The notes: generated by a model from the letters alone, not told the origin. DNA of 64,000 nucleotides from an uncultured Verrucomicrobiae bacterium (GCA_963740185.1 CAVUDH010000001.1:60752-124751), one strand, 5' to 3'. Numbered from the stretch's first letter, positions 9,341 through 18,822 are shown. Program-made: numbers and translations.

Positions 9341-10198
9341 CTACTCCGTGATCAACGGCTCGATGCGCGCCATCGTTGCCGGCCCGATCCCGCTGACCCG
9401 GATCACGTCAGCCGTCGCTTGATAAGGTCGACCGTCGATGATCCGCTGCGCCAAAGCCGGACCAATCCCCGGCAACGATTTCAACTCACCGGTCGTTGCA
9501 TTGTTGATCGATACCAGGCCCGACGAATCCGCTCCCGGCACCTCCTCGACCTCCCCCACTCCCCGAGTAGGCGTCTCCCGGAGACTGTCGATCCGCCAAG
9601 GCGTGGGCCCAGCCGCCGCCGTCGCGCTGCCGTCCCCGTAGATTCCCATCTTCGCCCTCCGCGCCCGGTCCTGCATCCGGCGGAGGTCGGCCTCCATCCG
9701 GTGCGCCGCCGGCCAATGATCCGGCACCCCCGGCATTCCGTAGGCCCGAGCCAACCCGGCCGCCACCAACTCCTCCGCGAGCTTCAACTCCTCGCCATCG
9801 CGCTGAAAAAGAACGTGAGCGTAAAACCGCGGCTGGCGGCTTGCCCCCCGCGCATCCTGCCAACGGGTCACCACCGTGAACGGCCGACCCCGCAGCGCCC
9901 GCTCCGTGAAACGCGCCGCATCCTCGCCTCCCGCCATCACCGCCGTTTCCGAAACGCCAAACGCCTCCGCCTGCTCCCTTATGCGACTCGGCACCTGCCG
10001 ATCCGTCTCCGGAGTGTCCACGAAATAGAGCCGGAAAATGTAATCCCGCCCCTCGTGAGCCGCGTGGAAGCTGTCTCCATCCGCGTATCCGGTCGTGACA
10101 AACCGGCATCCTTCCAGCGTCTCCCAATCCCCTCCCCTCGCCAGGAGTAAAGCGGGAAGCAAAACGGCGGCCAAAGTGAGGCGGGCGATCTTCGTCAT
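9341..10198 (-). CDS. Secreted thermonuclease (SNase-like) fused to a ComEA-type helix-hairpin-helix domain
   Basis: Signal peptide; DGDSF, RLYFVDTPE, EELVAAGLAR; C-terminal INNATTGELKSLPGIGPALAQRII...VSGIGP. Confidence 0.8.
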   Translation of the reverse strand: MTKIARLTLAAVLLPALLLARGGDWETLEGCRFVTTGYADGDSFHAAHEGRDYIFRLYFVDTPETDRQVPSRIREQAEAFGVSETAVMAGGEDAARFTERALRGRPFTVVTRWQDARGASRQPRFYAHVLFQRDGEELKLAEELVAAGLARAYGMPGVPDHWPAAHRMEADLRRMQDRARRAKMGIYGDGSATAAAGPTPWRIDSLRETPTRGVGEVEEVPGADSSGLVSINNATTGELKSLPGIGPALAQRIIDGRPYQATADVIRVSGIGPATMARIEPLITE

Positions 10199-10342
10199 TT
10201 CGTCGCTTTCGTGGCTAGCCAGCAGCCACCGGGCGGTCAAGCCAAGCTCGCCCGAGCCCGGTTTTCACGCTTGACGCTGTATCGCCCATTCGGTTGTTTT
10301 CGCGCCAGTTTTGAGCAGCAAACCCGCGACCCGATCAAATTA

Positions 10343-11851
10343 ATGGATTCCGTTTTCAACAGCATGCTGTGGAGCGTCTGCTATCTCGTCGTGCTCATCG
10401 GCCTGTCAGCCTACGGACTGCACCGTTACTCGATCATCTATCTGTTCCTCAAGCACATCCGCCGCCAGATCGAACCCGCCTCGCACTTCGAATCCCTCCC
10501 GACCGTCACCGTCCAACTCCCGATCTTCAACGAGTATTACGTCGTCAAGCGACTTATCGCCGCCGTCGGTAAACTCGATTACCCCCGCGACCTTTTGCAA
10601 ATCCAGGTCCTCGACGATTCCACCGACGAGACCCGCGCCATCGCGGAGGCCGAGACCGAGCGGCTTCGAAGCCAAGGATTCGACGCCGTTCACATCCACC
10701 GCACCGACCGCACCGGCTACAAGGCAGGTGCCCTTGAAAACGGCCTCGCCACCGCCACCGGCGACTACGTCTTCATCCTCGACGCCGACTTCGTCCCCCA
10801 GCCCGACATTCTGCACCACTCCATCCACCACTTCACCGATCCCGGCATCGGCATGGTGCAAATGCGCTGGGGCCACCTGAATCGCGACCACTCGCTCCTC
10901 ACCCGCATCCAGGCCCTCTTCCTCGACGGCCACCTCCTGCTCGAACAAACCGCCCGCCACCGCAGCGGACGATTTTTTAATTTCAACGGCACCGCCGGCA
11001 TCTGGCGACGCAGCGCCATCAGCGACGCCGGCGGCTGGCAGCACGATACCCTCACCGAAGACCTCGACCTGAGCTACCGCGCCCAACTTCGCGGCTGGAA
11101 GTTCATCTTCCTCCCCGACGTCGTCGTCCCCGCCGAGCTGCCGCCCGACATGAACGGCTTCAAGAGCCAGCAACACCGCTGGACCAAAGGCTCGATTCAG
11201 ACCTGCAAGAAGCTTCTCCCCCGCATCTGGGCGGCACCGCTCCCACTCGCCGTAAAAATCGAGGCGACGATGCATCTCACGTCAAACTTCGGTTACCTCC
11301 TCCTCGCAATGCTCTGCGTCCTCGTGCTCCCGCAGACCATGTCCGGCAACCATCGCATCACGAATACCCTCCTCATCGACCTCCCCATCTTCCTCGCCAC
11401 CACGGTCTCCATTGCCTGTTTCTACATCTGCGCCCAGCGCTACCTGAATCCCCGCGGATGGCTGCGCGACATTCTGCTCCTCCCCTGCCTCATCTCGCTC
11501 GCCATCGGCATGTCGGTCAACAATGCCCGCGCCGTCATCGAAGCCCTCGCCAACCACCAATCCGGCTTCACCCGCACGCCGAAATACGGCGACGCCCGCA
11601 GCTTCACCCGCACCCGCCGCAAATCCTACCTCCCCCTCGCCTCGATCCTCCCCTTCATCGAAGCGCTCCTCGCCGTCTATTTCGCCTACTGCGCCTGGCA
11701 AGCCATCCTCCTGCACCAATGGACGTCGGTTCCGTTCATCCTCATGTTCTTCATCGGGTTTACCTACGTTTCAGCGAAATCCCTCACCTTTTGGCTCAGC
11801 CGCTGGACCACCCCAGCCACCAACGAAACCCGCCCCCCCGTCACCGCGTGA
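10343..11851 (+). CDS. GT2 processive glycosyltransferase (cellulose synthase-like/CslA-like)
   Basis: [52 protein letters not shown]; flanking TM helices. Confidence 0.92.
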   Translation: MDSVFNSMLWSVCYLVVLIGLSAYGLHRYSIIYLFLKHIRRQIEPASHFESLPTVTVQLPIFNEYYVVKRLIAAVGKLDYPRDLLQIQVLDDSTDETRAIAEAETERLRSQGFDAVHIHRTDRTGYKAGALENGLATATGDYVFILDADFVPQPDILHHSIHHFTDPGIGMVQMRWGHLNRDHSLLTRIQALFLDGHLLLEQTARHRSGRFFNFNGTAGIWRRSAISDAGGWQHDTLTEDLDLSYRAQLRGWKFIFLPDVVVPAELPPDMNGFKSQQHRWTKGSIQTCKKLLPRIWAAPLPLAVKIEATMHLTSNFGYLLLAMLCVLVLPQTMSGNHRITNTLLIDLPIFLATTVSIACFYICAQRYLNPRGWLRDILLLPCLISLAIGMSVNNARAVIEALANHQSGFTRTPKYGDARSFTRTRRKSYLPLASILPFIEALLAVYFAYCAWQAILLHQWTSVPFILMFFIGFTYVSAKSLTFWLSRWTTPATNETRPPVTA

Positions 11852-12502
11852 AAACGCCAAAACGCGAGCGAAGCGAGCCTCGCCATTTCTCATTTCGCAT
11901 TCCGCATTTGCCTCGGTCGCTCCCGCTCCTCTCGCCCTTCGGGCTGCTCCGCAGAGCCAGAGCAGGCTGCCCCGAGCCTTCCCGGGCTCCGGTGCTCGCA
12001 TTCCTGAGCGTAATCGCCCTGGCAGGCTGCGCCGGCGACACCCGCCACGAGCTTCTCATCAGCGTCGCCGACCAGCGCATGGTCGTTCTCGACGAAGGGG
12101 AATTTGTCGCCGCCTACCCAATCTCCACTTCGAAGTTTGGACTCGGGAGTACCCAGGGCAGCAACAAAACGCCCCTCGGGAGCTTCAAGATCAAAAAGAA
12201 GATCGGCGACAACCTCGCCCCCGGCGCCGTGCTCAAGCACCGGAAACCCACCGGCGAGATCCTCGCCGTCAACGCCCCCGGTCGCGATCCCATCGTCACG
12301 CGCATCCTCTGGCTCGACGGGCAGGAAGCCGCCAATCGCAACGCCTATTCCCGCTTCATCTACATCCACGGCACCCCCGAAGAGACCACGCATCGGCACC
12401 CCCGCCAGCTTCGGCTGCATCCGCATGCGCTCCCAAGACGTCATCGCCCTCTACGACCGCGTCGGCTCCGGAGCCCGCGTCCAAATCCGCGAAGCTTTCT
12501 GA
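11848..12502 (+). CDS. L,D-transpeptidase (YkuD) family lipoprotein (frameshift near 12385; start uncertain)
   Basis: Lipobox LAGC; YPISTSKFG, TPLGSF, IVTRILWL, IYIHGTPEE, then in the shifted frame IGTPASFGCIRM. Confidence 0.82.
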
Positions 12503-12525
12503 TACCGGGCTCGATGAATAAAATT

Positions 12526-12710
12526 TCTCACGCGGAGACGCGGAGAATCGATAATTCAAAATCTCTGCGCCTCTGCGTCTCTGCGCGAGATCCCCGGATT
12601 GCATTCTTCGTTCCGACACCCGCAAAACGCGCGACCGCCGCGATTGAAGTTTTCTGATCCACCTCTTCGTCCGTATTCTTTTCGCGTGAATTCGCGCCCT
12701 TCGCGGGCAA
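12526..12710. repeat. Two consecutive inverted short-period repeat elements
   Basis: tctcacgcggagacgcggag ... ctctgcgcctctgcgtctctgcgcgaga, then ccgcaaaacgcgcga ... ttcgcgtgaattcgcgcccttcgcggg. Confidence 0.65.
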
Positions 12711-12722
12711 CCCTCTCCTTTT

Positions 12723-14558
12723 ATGAATTTTCTCAAACCCATTCTCTGGGGCAACACCGTCGCCCTCTCGTGGATGTGGGGCCTCGGCCTCTTCTTCTCG
12801 GTCCAGTTCACTTCGCAATTCGGAATCCTCGGACTACTCATGTTCGCGATCCCGAATTTCCTCGGGCTCATGGCCTTCGGACTCGTCACTCAACTCATCG
12901 CCAACCGCCAGCCCGGGTCCGAGTCTCTCGCCCTCTTCTTCACCCGCTGGGCGCGACCCTTCCGGCTCATCTTCTTTCTCTACCAAGCCCTCGCGATCAC
13001 CCTCACCATCTTCGCATTCATTCATTACGTCTGGCAGCCCCTCGGTCTCACACCGGAGGTGCTCTTCCTTCCGCTCACGCTCCTCATCGTTCTCGCGGCA
13101 GCGATTCTCTTCGGTGAGGAATTCGACATTCGCCGCATCAAATATTCCCACGGCGTCCTCTTTCTCATCGCCCTCGGAGCCATCGTCGTCCTCTTCTTCG
13201 GCCGCGACGATTTCGCCAACATCTCCGCCCTCACTCCCGACCTCCGCCCCGCCGAAGACCTCAGCTTCTGGGGCTACGTTGTCCCCATCTGCGTCGGCTT
13301 CCTCGTCGGCCCCTGGCTCGATCTCCAGCAATGGCAACGCGCCATCCAGATGCATCGCGAGCGCGTCTCCATCGCGTGGTCCTACGTCAGCGGCAGCACG
13401 CAATTCTTCGCGCTCCTCCTCTTTCACGGTGCCCTCACCCTCTGGGCGCTCGACCTCGGTGCGGCCCGATTCATCCGCTCCGGCCTCACCGGCCACACCT
13501 ACGGGCAGGACCTGCTCATGCGCTTCTTCTACGAAAACTCCAGCACCGCTCCGTGGATTTTCGGAGCCTACTGCGTGTTCGTTTCCGTCTGCGTCCTCAC
13601 CACGCTCGACAGCGGCTATATCGCGCTCCGTTGGTTTTTCCAGTCGAACGTCAAAGCCAGCAACCACCCGATCTTCTCGCTCATCCCGACCAAGCTCATC
13701 ACCTCCCCGATCCCCGCGCTTCTATTCTGTGGGATCATCGGCCTCGTCTCCGCCGTCCTCGGGCTGGAACTCGAGTATTTCATGATCTTCTACGGCACGT
13801 TTTTTGTCGGCTACGCCACGCTTGGAATCGTCCGCTGTTTTCTCAACAGCCCCGCCAACGCGATCCCGCAAATCAAGATGTTCAGCATCGGCAGCCTGGC
13901 CGTCGTCATCTTCGCCTTCGGGTACTTTCTTCGGAATCCGCTCTTTCAAATGATCGGCTCCCTCCTCCCGCTCGCCTACATCCTCTGGCTCCTGCTCAAG
14001 CCCGGCAGCTCCGAGGAATTTGTCGCCGACGAAGAAGATGTCGCCGGACCCTCCGACCGCCAGATCGCCCCCGCCTCACCAGCGACCGCACCCACCAATC
14101 ACCAATCACAAATCACCAGCCACGGCTCCACCCACGACCTCGGCGGGCACTTCGAAGACAAGTGGTTCGTTCACCGCTTCATCGCCACCTACGCCGACAC
14201 CAACTCCGTCGGCAATGTCTACTTCGGCATGTACGCCATGTGGGTCGGCAAGACCCGGGAGCTGTTCTTCAACAAGGTGATGCCGAAGTTCAACCTCGAG
14301 AACACCCCGTTCTACATCCTCACCCGATCCTTCGAACACAAGTTCATGCGCGAAACGCGCGAGTTCGAGACCGTCGCCGTCCGCATTCGGATCGGCAGCT
14401 TCAACCGCAAATTCGTCACCCTCGAACACGAGATCCACGACTCCCACGACAACCTCCTCGGCAAAGGCAAGCAATCGCTCCTCTTCGTCACGTCCACCGA
14501 CTACAAGATGATTGATATCCCGCACGAAGTTCACTCCGCCTTCGTCGTGCACACGTGA
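12723..14558 (+). CDS. Multi-pass membrane protein (SSS/APC-like) fused to a C-terminal hotdog-fold acyl-CoA thioesterase
   Basis: About 12-13 hydrophobic segments (SWMWGLGLFFS, GPWLDLQQWQR, LTTLDS), then YADTNSVGNVYFGMYAMWVGKTRE, a 4HBT/YbgC-like D-x-x-G-N/H-V motif. Confidence 0.75.
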   Translation: MNFLKPILWGNTVALSWMWGLGLFFSVQFTSQFGILGLLMFAIPNFLGLMAFGLVTQLIANRQPGSESLALFFTRWARPFRLIFFLYQALAITLTIFAFIHYVWQPLGLTPEVLFLPLTLLIVLAAAILFGEEFDIRRIKYSHGVLFLIALGAIVVLFFGRDDFANISALTPDLRPAEDLSFWGYVVPICVGFLVGPWLDLQQWQRAIQMHRERVSIAWSYVSGSTQFFALLLFHGALTLWALDLGAARFIRSGLTGHTYGQDLLMRFFYENSSTAPWIFGAYCVFVSVCVLTTLDSGYIALRWFFQSNVKASNHPIFSLIPTKLITSPIPALLFCGIIGLVSAVLGLELEYFMIFYGTFFVGYATLGIVRCFLNSPANAIPQIKMFSIGSLAVVIFAFGYFLRNPLFQMIGSLLPLAYILWLLLKPGSSEEFVADEEDVAGPSDRQIAPASPATAPTNHQSQITSHGSTHDLGGHFEDKWFVHRFIATYADTNSVGNVYFGMYAMWVGKTRELFFNKVMPKFNLENTPFYILTRSFEHKFMRETREFETVAVRIRIGSFNRKFVTLEHEIHDSHDNLLGKGKQSLLFVTSTDYKMIDIPHEVHSAFVVHT

Positions 14559-14565
14559 TGGGGAG

Positions 14566-14593
14566 TTGTTGGTTATTGGTTATTGGTTATTGG
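14566..14593. repeat. Heptamer tandem (TTATTGG)x4 upstream of an RBS
   Basis: ttgttgg ttattgg ttattgg ttattgg taggagc aATG. Confidence 0.85.
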
Positions 14594-14601
14594 TAGGAGC
14601 A

Positions 14602-15978
14602 ATGCGCCCGCACCACCTCTGTCCGCTCGTCGCACTGTTTCTCCTCTCAGCCTGCGACCCCCCTCCGCGACCCGAGAACGCCCCGTCCCCGACGGCAACG
14701 CCCGGCATTACCCCACCAATCACCAATCACGATTCACCAATCACACCCCCAGCGGCCACTCCAACTCCCGCGCCCACGCCACCCGCACCGCCGCAAGTCC
14801 CTCGCAAGCGCATCGACGTCTCGAAGCTCTACAACGACGTTCTTGTCGAAAGCAAATTCGTCGCCGTCCCGTCCGAGCAAACCGCAGCGCAGGACCGGGC
14901 CGACGACGACGCCTACGCTCTCCGCCTGACCTTCGAGGCCAAGATCCCGACCGCCAGCCGCACCCTCGGCCAGATCACCCGCAATTCCCCCCGGCTCCCC
15001 ATCGCCCTACCCGGCCTTGCCGCCCTCCTGCAAAATGCCGAAGTCTCCCCCGCCTTCGCCGAGCTCTACGACCGCAAGGTCGACTACACCAAGGCCCGCC
15101 TCAACCGCCTCGACACCCTCCTGACCCGGCACAACTTCTACGATTGCGACACCATCCTCGAACTCGAGAATCCCACCACCAACCGCCGCGCCCTCCTCAT
15201 GCAGGGCGACATGGACGTCAACACCGACGGCTCCGACGGAGATCGCCAGTTCACCGTCGACGGCAGCTCACAATTCTTCCAGCCCCAGACCAGCTACCGC
15301 TGGCGGCGCCTCACCGACCGACCCAACCCCTTCCTCGCCACCACCCGCCAGCTCCTGGCCGAAGCCGAGGAGGAATACAAAATTGTCGGGCTCCCCGTGG
15401 AAAAAAACCGCCAACTCGAAGCCACCATCGCCCACGAAAAGGCCACCCTCTACGAACTCGACGTCTACAGCTTCCTCATCTCCGGCGCCGACCCGTTCAT
15501 CGTCCTCCCCGGCTTCATGATCCGGGACGCAACCGGACCGTTCGCTCCGAAGATCGGCGACTACGCCGCCGTCATCTACCGCGACACCGTCTACCCGGCC
15601 CTCCTCGGTGACGTCGGCCCTTCCTTCAAAGTCGGCGAAGCCTCCCTCCGCCTCACCAAGGAGTTGAACCCGAAAAGCTCCGCCTACTCGCGTCCTGTCA
15701 GCTCCCTCGACGTCACTTACCTCGTCTTCCCCGGGACGGCCGAAGAAAAAGCCACTCCACCCGACCTCGCGCTCTGGCACACCAAAGTGACCGACCTCCT
15801 CGCGGACCTCGGCCTCACCCCCACCAGCATCCATCGCTGGGAAAACCTCATCCAACCCTGGCCCACCCCCTCGCCTGCGCCCACGCCTGCGCCCACTTCC
15901 ACCGCAACCCCAAGCCCGACTCCTGCCTCCGCAGCGTCACCATCTCCAACCGCCTCACCGACGCCAACGCCTGAATGA
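14602..15978 (+). CDS. Glycoside hydrolase family 75 (chitosanase-like) lipoprotein with Pro/Thr-rich termini
   Basis: Lipobox LSAC; DMDVNTDGSDGDR, DPFIVLP, GDYAAVIY, GDVGPSFKVGEASLRL, VTYLVFPG. Confidence 0.78.
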   Translation: MRPHHLCPLVALFLLSACDPPPRPENAPSPTATPGITPPITNHDSPITPPAATPTPAPTPPAPPQVPRKRIDVSKLYNDVLVESKFVAVPSEQTAAQDRADDDAYALRLTFEAKIPTASRTLGQITRNSPRLPIALPGLAALLQNAEVSPAFAELYDRKVDYTKARLNRLDTLLTRHNFYDCDTILELENPTTNRRALLMQGDMDVNTDGSDGDRQFTVDGSSQFFQPQTSYRWRRLTDRPNPFLATTRQLLAEAEEEYKIVGLPVEKNRQLEATIAHEKATLYELDVYSFLISGADPFIVLPGFMIRDATGPFAPKIGDYAAVIYRDTVYPALLGDVGPSFKVGEASLRLTKELNPKSSAYSRPVSSLDVTYLVFPGTAEEKATPPDLALWHTKVTDLLADLGLTPTSIHRWENLIQPWPTPSPAPTPAPTSTATPSPTPASAASPSPTASPTPTPE

Positions 15979-15981
15979 TGA

Positions 15982-16060
15982 GGCTCACGCGAAGCCGCCA
16001 AGGCGCAAAGAATAGGTTACTCATCAGAACCCCCCGCGCCCTCCGCGCCTCCGCGTGAGA
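15982..16060. repeat. Inverted short-period repeat element between convergent genes
   Basis: ggctcacgcgaagccgccaaggcgcaaag ... ccgcgccctccgcgcctccgcgtgaga; left arm closely matches 4396. Confidence 0.65.
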
Positions 16061-16094
16061 CCTGGTATTTTCCAGAATCGGTAAGATTGCCTCC

Positions 16095-16496
16095 TCAGCG
16101 ATCCGCGCCGAAGCCCCGCTGCGCCAGCACGATCCCGACCACCATCGCGGGCACGAAGACCAGCACCTCCGGGCTCAATCGCCCCAGATCGGCCAACGCC
16201 GGCCCGGGACAGAATCCTCCCAGACCCCAGCCCACCCCGAAGGCGACCGCCCCGAGGATCAGCCGTTTCGAGATCGGATCGGACTCTCCCCTCGGCAGGT
16301 TCAACGGTCGCCTCAGCGCCCAGTATCCCGCCGCGAAGGTCGCCATCGCCGCCCCCATCACGAAGGCCAGCGTCGGGTCCCAGTCTCCCGTCACGTCCAG
16401 AAACGCCACCACCCGCTGCGGATCCGTCATTCCCGAAAGCGCCAGTCCCGCTCCGAACAGCGCGCCGCCAACCAATGCCCCAATCAATGCTTTCAT
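16095..16496 (-). CDS. YeeE/YedE family sulfur-transport membrane protein (second subunit)
   Basis: FGAGLALSGMTDPQRVVAFLD, WDPTLAFVM, FGVGWGLGGFCPGP. Confidence 0.9.
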   Translation of the reverse strand: MKALIGALVGGALFGAGLALSGMTDPQRVVAFLDVTGDWDPTLAFVMGAAMATFAAGYWALRRPLNLPRGESDPISKRLILGAVAFGVGWGLGGFCPGPALADLGRLSPEVLVFVPAMVVGIVLAQRGFGADR

Positions 16497-16499
16497 CCT

Positions 16500-16922
16500 T
16501 TAGACCACGCTTTGAAAGGCCCACACGGTGAGAATCCCCGCAGCCATGAACGTGGCCGTCGCCACCATCGAATCCCGAGCTCCCATGCTCGCCCCGCACA
16601 CCCCGTGCCCGCTCGTGCAACCCCCGCCGTAGCGGGTCCCGAACCCCACCAGCACTCCAGCCACGGCATAAATCACCCAGCCTCGCCCCTCCGGCACCCG
16701 GTAGATCGCCGCAAAATCGTTCGTCCGAAACATCAGCACCGCTCCCGCGATCAACCCCAACAAAAAGAGAATCCGCCACCAGGAGTCCCCCACCTTCGGG
16801 CGAAACAACCGACCAAACACCCCCGAGATTCCCGGCGTCTTGCCCGTCGCCGCCATCGCCACCAAACTTCCCAGTCCGATCAGCACCCCGCCACCCAGAC
16901 CGTAAACAAACGATTCCTTCAT
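16500..16922 (-). CDS. YeeE/YedE family sulfur-transport membrane protein (first subunit)
   Basis: GGVLIG, GISG, GVLVGFGTRYGGGCTSGHGVCG, SMVATATFM. Confidence 0.9.
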   Translation of the reverse strand: MKESFVYGLGGGVLIGLGSLVAMAATGKTPGISGVFGRLFRPKVGDSWWRILFLLGLIAGAVLMFRTNDFAAIYRVPEGRGWVIYAVAGVLVGFGTRYGGGCTSGHGVCGASMGARDSMVATATFMAAGILTVWAFQSVV

Positions 16923-17011
16923 CTTCGAATTTTCGCACCCAAATCGCCGGGATTTTGTCGGCACACTCCCGTCGCCGGACGGGAGGTCATCAACCCCAGC
17001 GAGTGGACTCG

Positions 17012-17263
17012 TTACATCCCACCCGATGCGGCCTCCTGGGCCGCAACGAATGCCGGCAGGATCAACGCCGACAGGATTCCGACTCCGAAGAGGACCACCA
17101 GAAAGATTAGCGACGCGATCGCCCAGTTTTTCTTCGAAGGAGGGGTGGAACCGCTGAACGCCCAGATCAAGAGCGCGACTAAATTCACCAGCGGGATCGC
17201 TGTGATGATGTAGGTGACGATCCAATTGCCGACGCTGATCGTTTGACTTTCGTTTTGGTCCAT
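17012..17263 (-). CDS. Small hypothetical membrane protein
   Basis: SVGNWIVTYIITAIPLVNLVALLIWAF...SKKNWAIA; two hydrophobic segments. Confidence 0.7.
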   Translation of the reverse strand: MDQNESQTISVGNWIVTYIITAIPLVNLVALLIWAFSGSTPPSKKNWAIASLIFLVVLFGVGILSALILPAFVAAQEAASGGM

Positions 17264-17285
17264 TTGGGTAGTCTTTAGATATTCA

Positions 17286-17780
17286 CTAACCTTGCAAAGG
17301 CGCAATACTGGTTAGGATTTCCATCATCAGGTCTTCGTTTTCATCAATCAGGTCAGGATGGCAGAACACGTAGGCAACGAGGTTGTCCTCCTCCATCGTC
17401 AGCGCCGCAGCAATGATCATCACCGCTTGGCCTCCGATGTCGGCCGCCCCTGACCCCATGAACGCGTGGAAGCCGTTAAAGTCAGCGACCTCTTCGTATT
17501 CACCCTCCAAGTCGAGGCCGATGTTATTGACGAACTCTTCGAAAAGTTCCTCGGTGCCGATGCCCGAGTCCTCGTATCCAACGATGACAAAGCTCAACCC
17601 GCCCTCAGCCGGGGAGGCGACCAGGGTGTTCTCATCGATCTCGACGTCCCACGTGTCCGGAAGGTCAAAACTGACGTTGAACGGGGCGGATTCGTAAGTT
17701 TCCCATTCGACGGCCTGAGCGATCGAAGTGAGCCCGAGGGCGAGAAGCCCGACAGTAAAGCGTTGCAATGTTTTGTTCAT
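17286..17780 (-). CDS. Secreted acidic hypothetical protein
   Basis: Signal peptide ending AQA; FNVSFDLPDTWDV resembles the N-terminus of the PsbP/DcrB-like fold. Confidence 0.7.
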   Translation of the reverse strand: MNKTLQRFTVGLLALGLTSIAQAVEWETYESAPFNVSFDLPDTWDVEIDENTLVASPAEGGLSFVIVGYEDSGIGTEELFEEFVNNIGLDLEGEYEEVADFNGFHAFMGSGAADIGGQAVMIIAAALTMEEDNLVAYVFCHPDLIDENEDLMMEILTSIAPLQG

Positions 17781-17811
17781 AATTTTTAACGAGCGGCGGC
17801 GTTTACTTCAA

Positions 17812-18048
17812 TTATTCGTAGACGTCGTATTCGACGATTGTTTCTTCCTCGTACGATTCCACGACGATTTCGTCGTCTTCGTAAACATCGCCCGAGTCCT
17901 CGTGAAAGACGTCTTCATCGACGATCACGTCGTCGTAATGGCCGTCATCATCATACACCGCGCACCCCGTTGCTAGGAAGAGCGCCAAAATCGTTAACGT
18001 GCAGCCGCCGAGACTGTTGCAAAGAGCTTTCAATCTATTAGCCGCCAT
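17812..18048 (-). CDS. Small, very acidic putative lipoprotein
   Basis: LALFLATGC lipobox followed by a D/E/V/Y-rich tail. Confidence 0.5.
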   Translation of the reverse strand: MAANRLKALCNSLGGCTLTILALFLATGCAVYDDDGHYDDVIVDEDVFHEDSGDVYEDDEIVVESYEEETIVEYDVYE

Positions 18049-18234
18049 AGTGCAGGCACTCAATCGGAAATGGCGGTTAGGGAAAAGCCCTAAGTTCACC
18101 GCACCATCGTGGCAATCCGGTGCCCAAGGATTCGAGCTTTCGTCAACGGAACACCGCGGCGGAGCCTGAAGAAAAAATCAAACCGGTCGACGGGCCGCCG
18201 ATTTCCCGCGCCCAGCCGGGAACAAGCCGATCCG

Positions 18235-18822
18235 CTATTCGGGTTGGATCCAGTCGATTTCGATCTGGAACGATCCCGGCTTTTTGTCCCCCAGCAAAAT
18301 CCCGACCTGCTCGATGTCAGCTAGATCGAGCGGAGGACCGTCGAGCGTCTCTCCGTGGTGGCTCGGGGTCATGCCGGCGAAGGGAACCGTGACCTCGACC
18401 CACTCCCCGGCCTTCGTTTCGAAGTTGCCGCTGAACTGAACGCGATCGCCGCGGTGCCGGGCACTCGTCGCAAGCCTCAGCTCGTAGCGGCGTCCGTCGC
18501 CGCGAACCCGCAGCCGCATCCCAGTCGCGTCGCTCAGATCGAGCTGCACGTCGTCCGTTTCGACGAGCGAAAACCCACCGTTATTCTCCAGAGAGAGATC
18601 TCCCGTGAAACGAAGCGTTCCGTCCTCGACGACCGCCTTCCCGCTGGATCGTCCACCCATGACCCGATCCGTCATCGCTCCCCAACCCTCACCACCATCG
18701 GGACCCGAGAAATCGAACAGGTGCTCGCCTTCGGCGCCAGTTGCCGGCAGGACGGCGAACAAGGAGAAGGCACAAACGCCGGTCGCTAACAGGTGGGAAA
18801 AGTTTGATTTCATTGTTGTCAT
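18235..18822 (-). CDS. CIA30/NDUFAF1 family protein (signal peptide)
   Basis: WGAMTDRVMGGRS, FTGDLSLENNGGFS, LRVRGDGRRY, GDKKPGSFQIEIDWI. Confidence 0.9.
   Translation of the reverse strand: MTTMKSNFSHLLATGVCAFSLFAVLPATGAEGEHLFDFSGPDGGEGWGAMTDRVMGGRSSGKAVVEDGTLRFTGDLSLENNGGFSLVETDDVQLDLSDATGMRLRVRGDGRRYELRLATSARHRGDRVQFSGNFETKAGEWVEVTVPFAGMTPSHHGETLDGPPLDLADIEQVGILLGDKKPGSFQIEIDWIQPE

Noticed and set aside
15860-15975. Pro/Thr/Ala/Ser repeats at the GH75 C-terminus (also 32120-32440 and 60780-60860)
   Set aside because: Ordinary low-complexity protein linkers with codon-period degeneracy, not DNA-level elements
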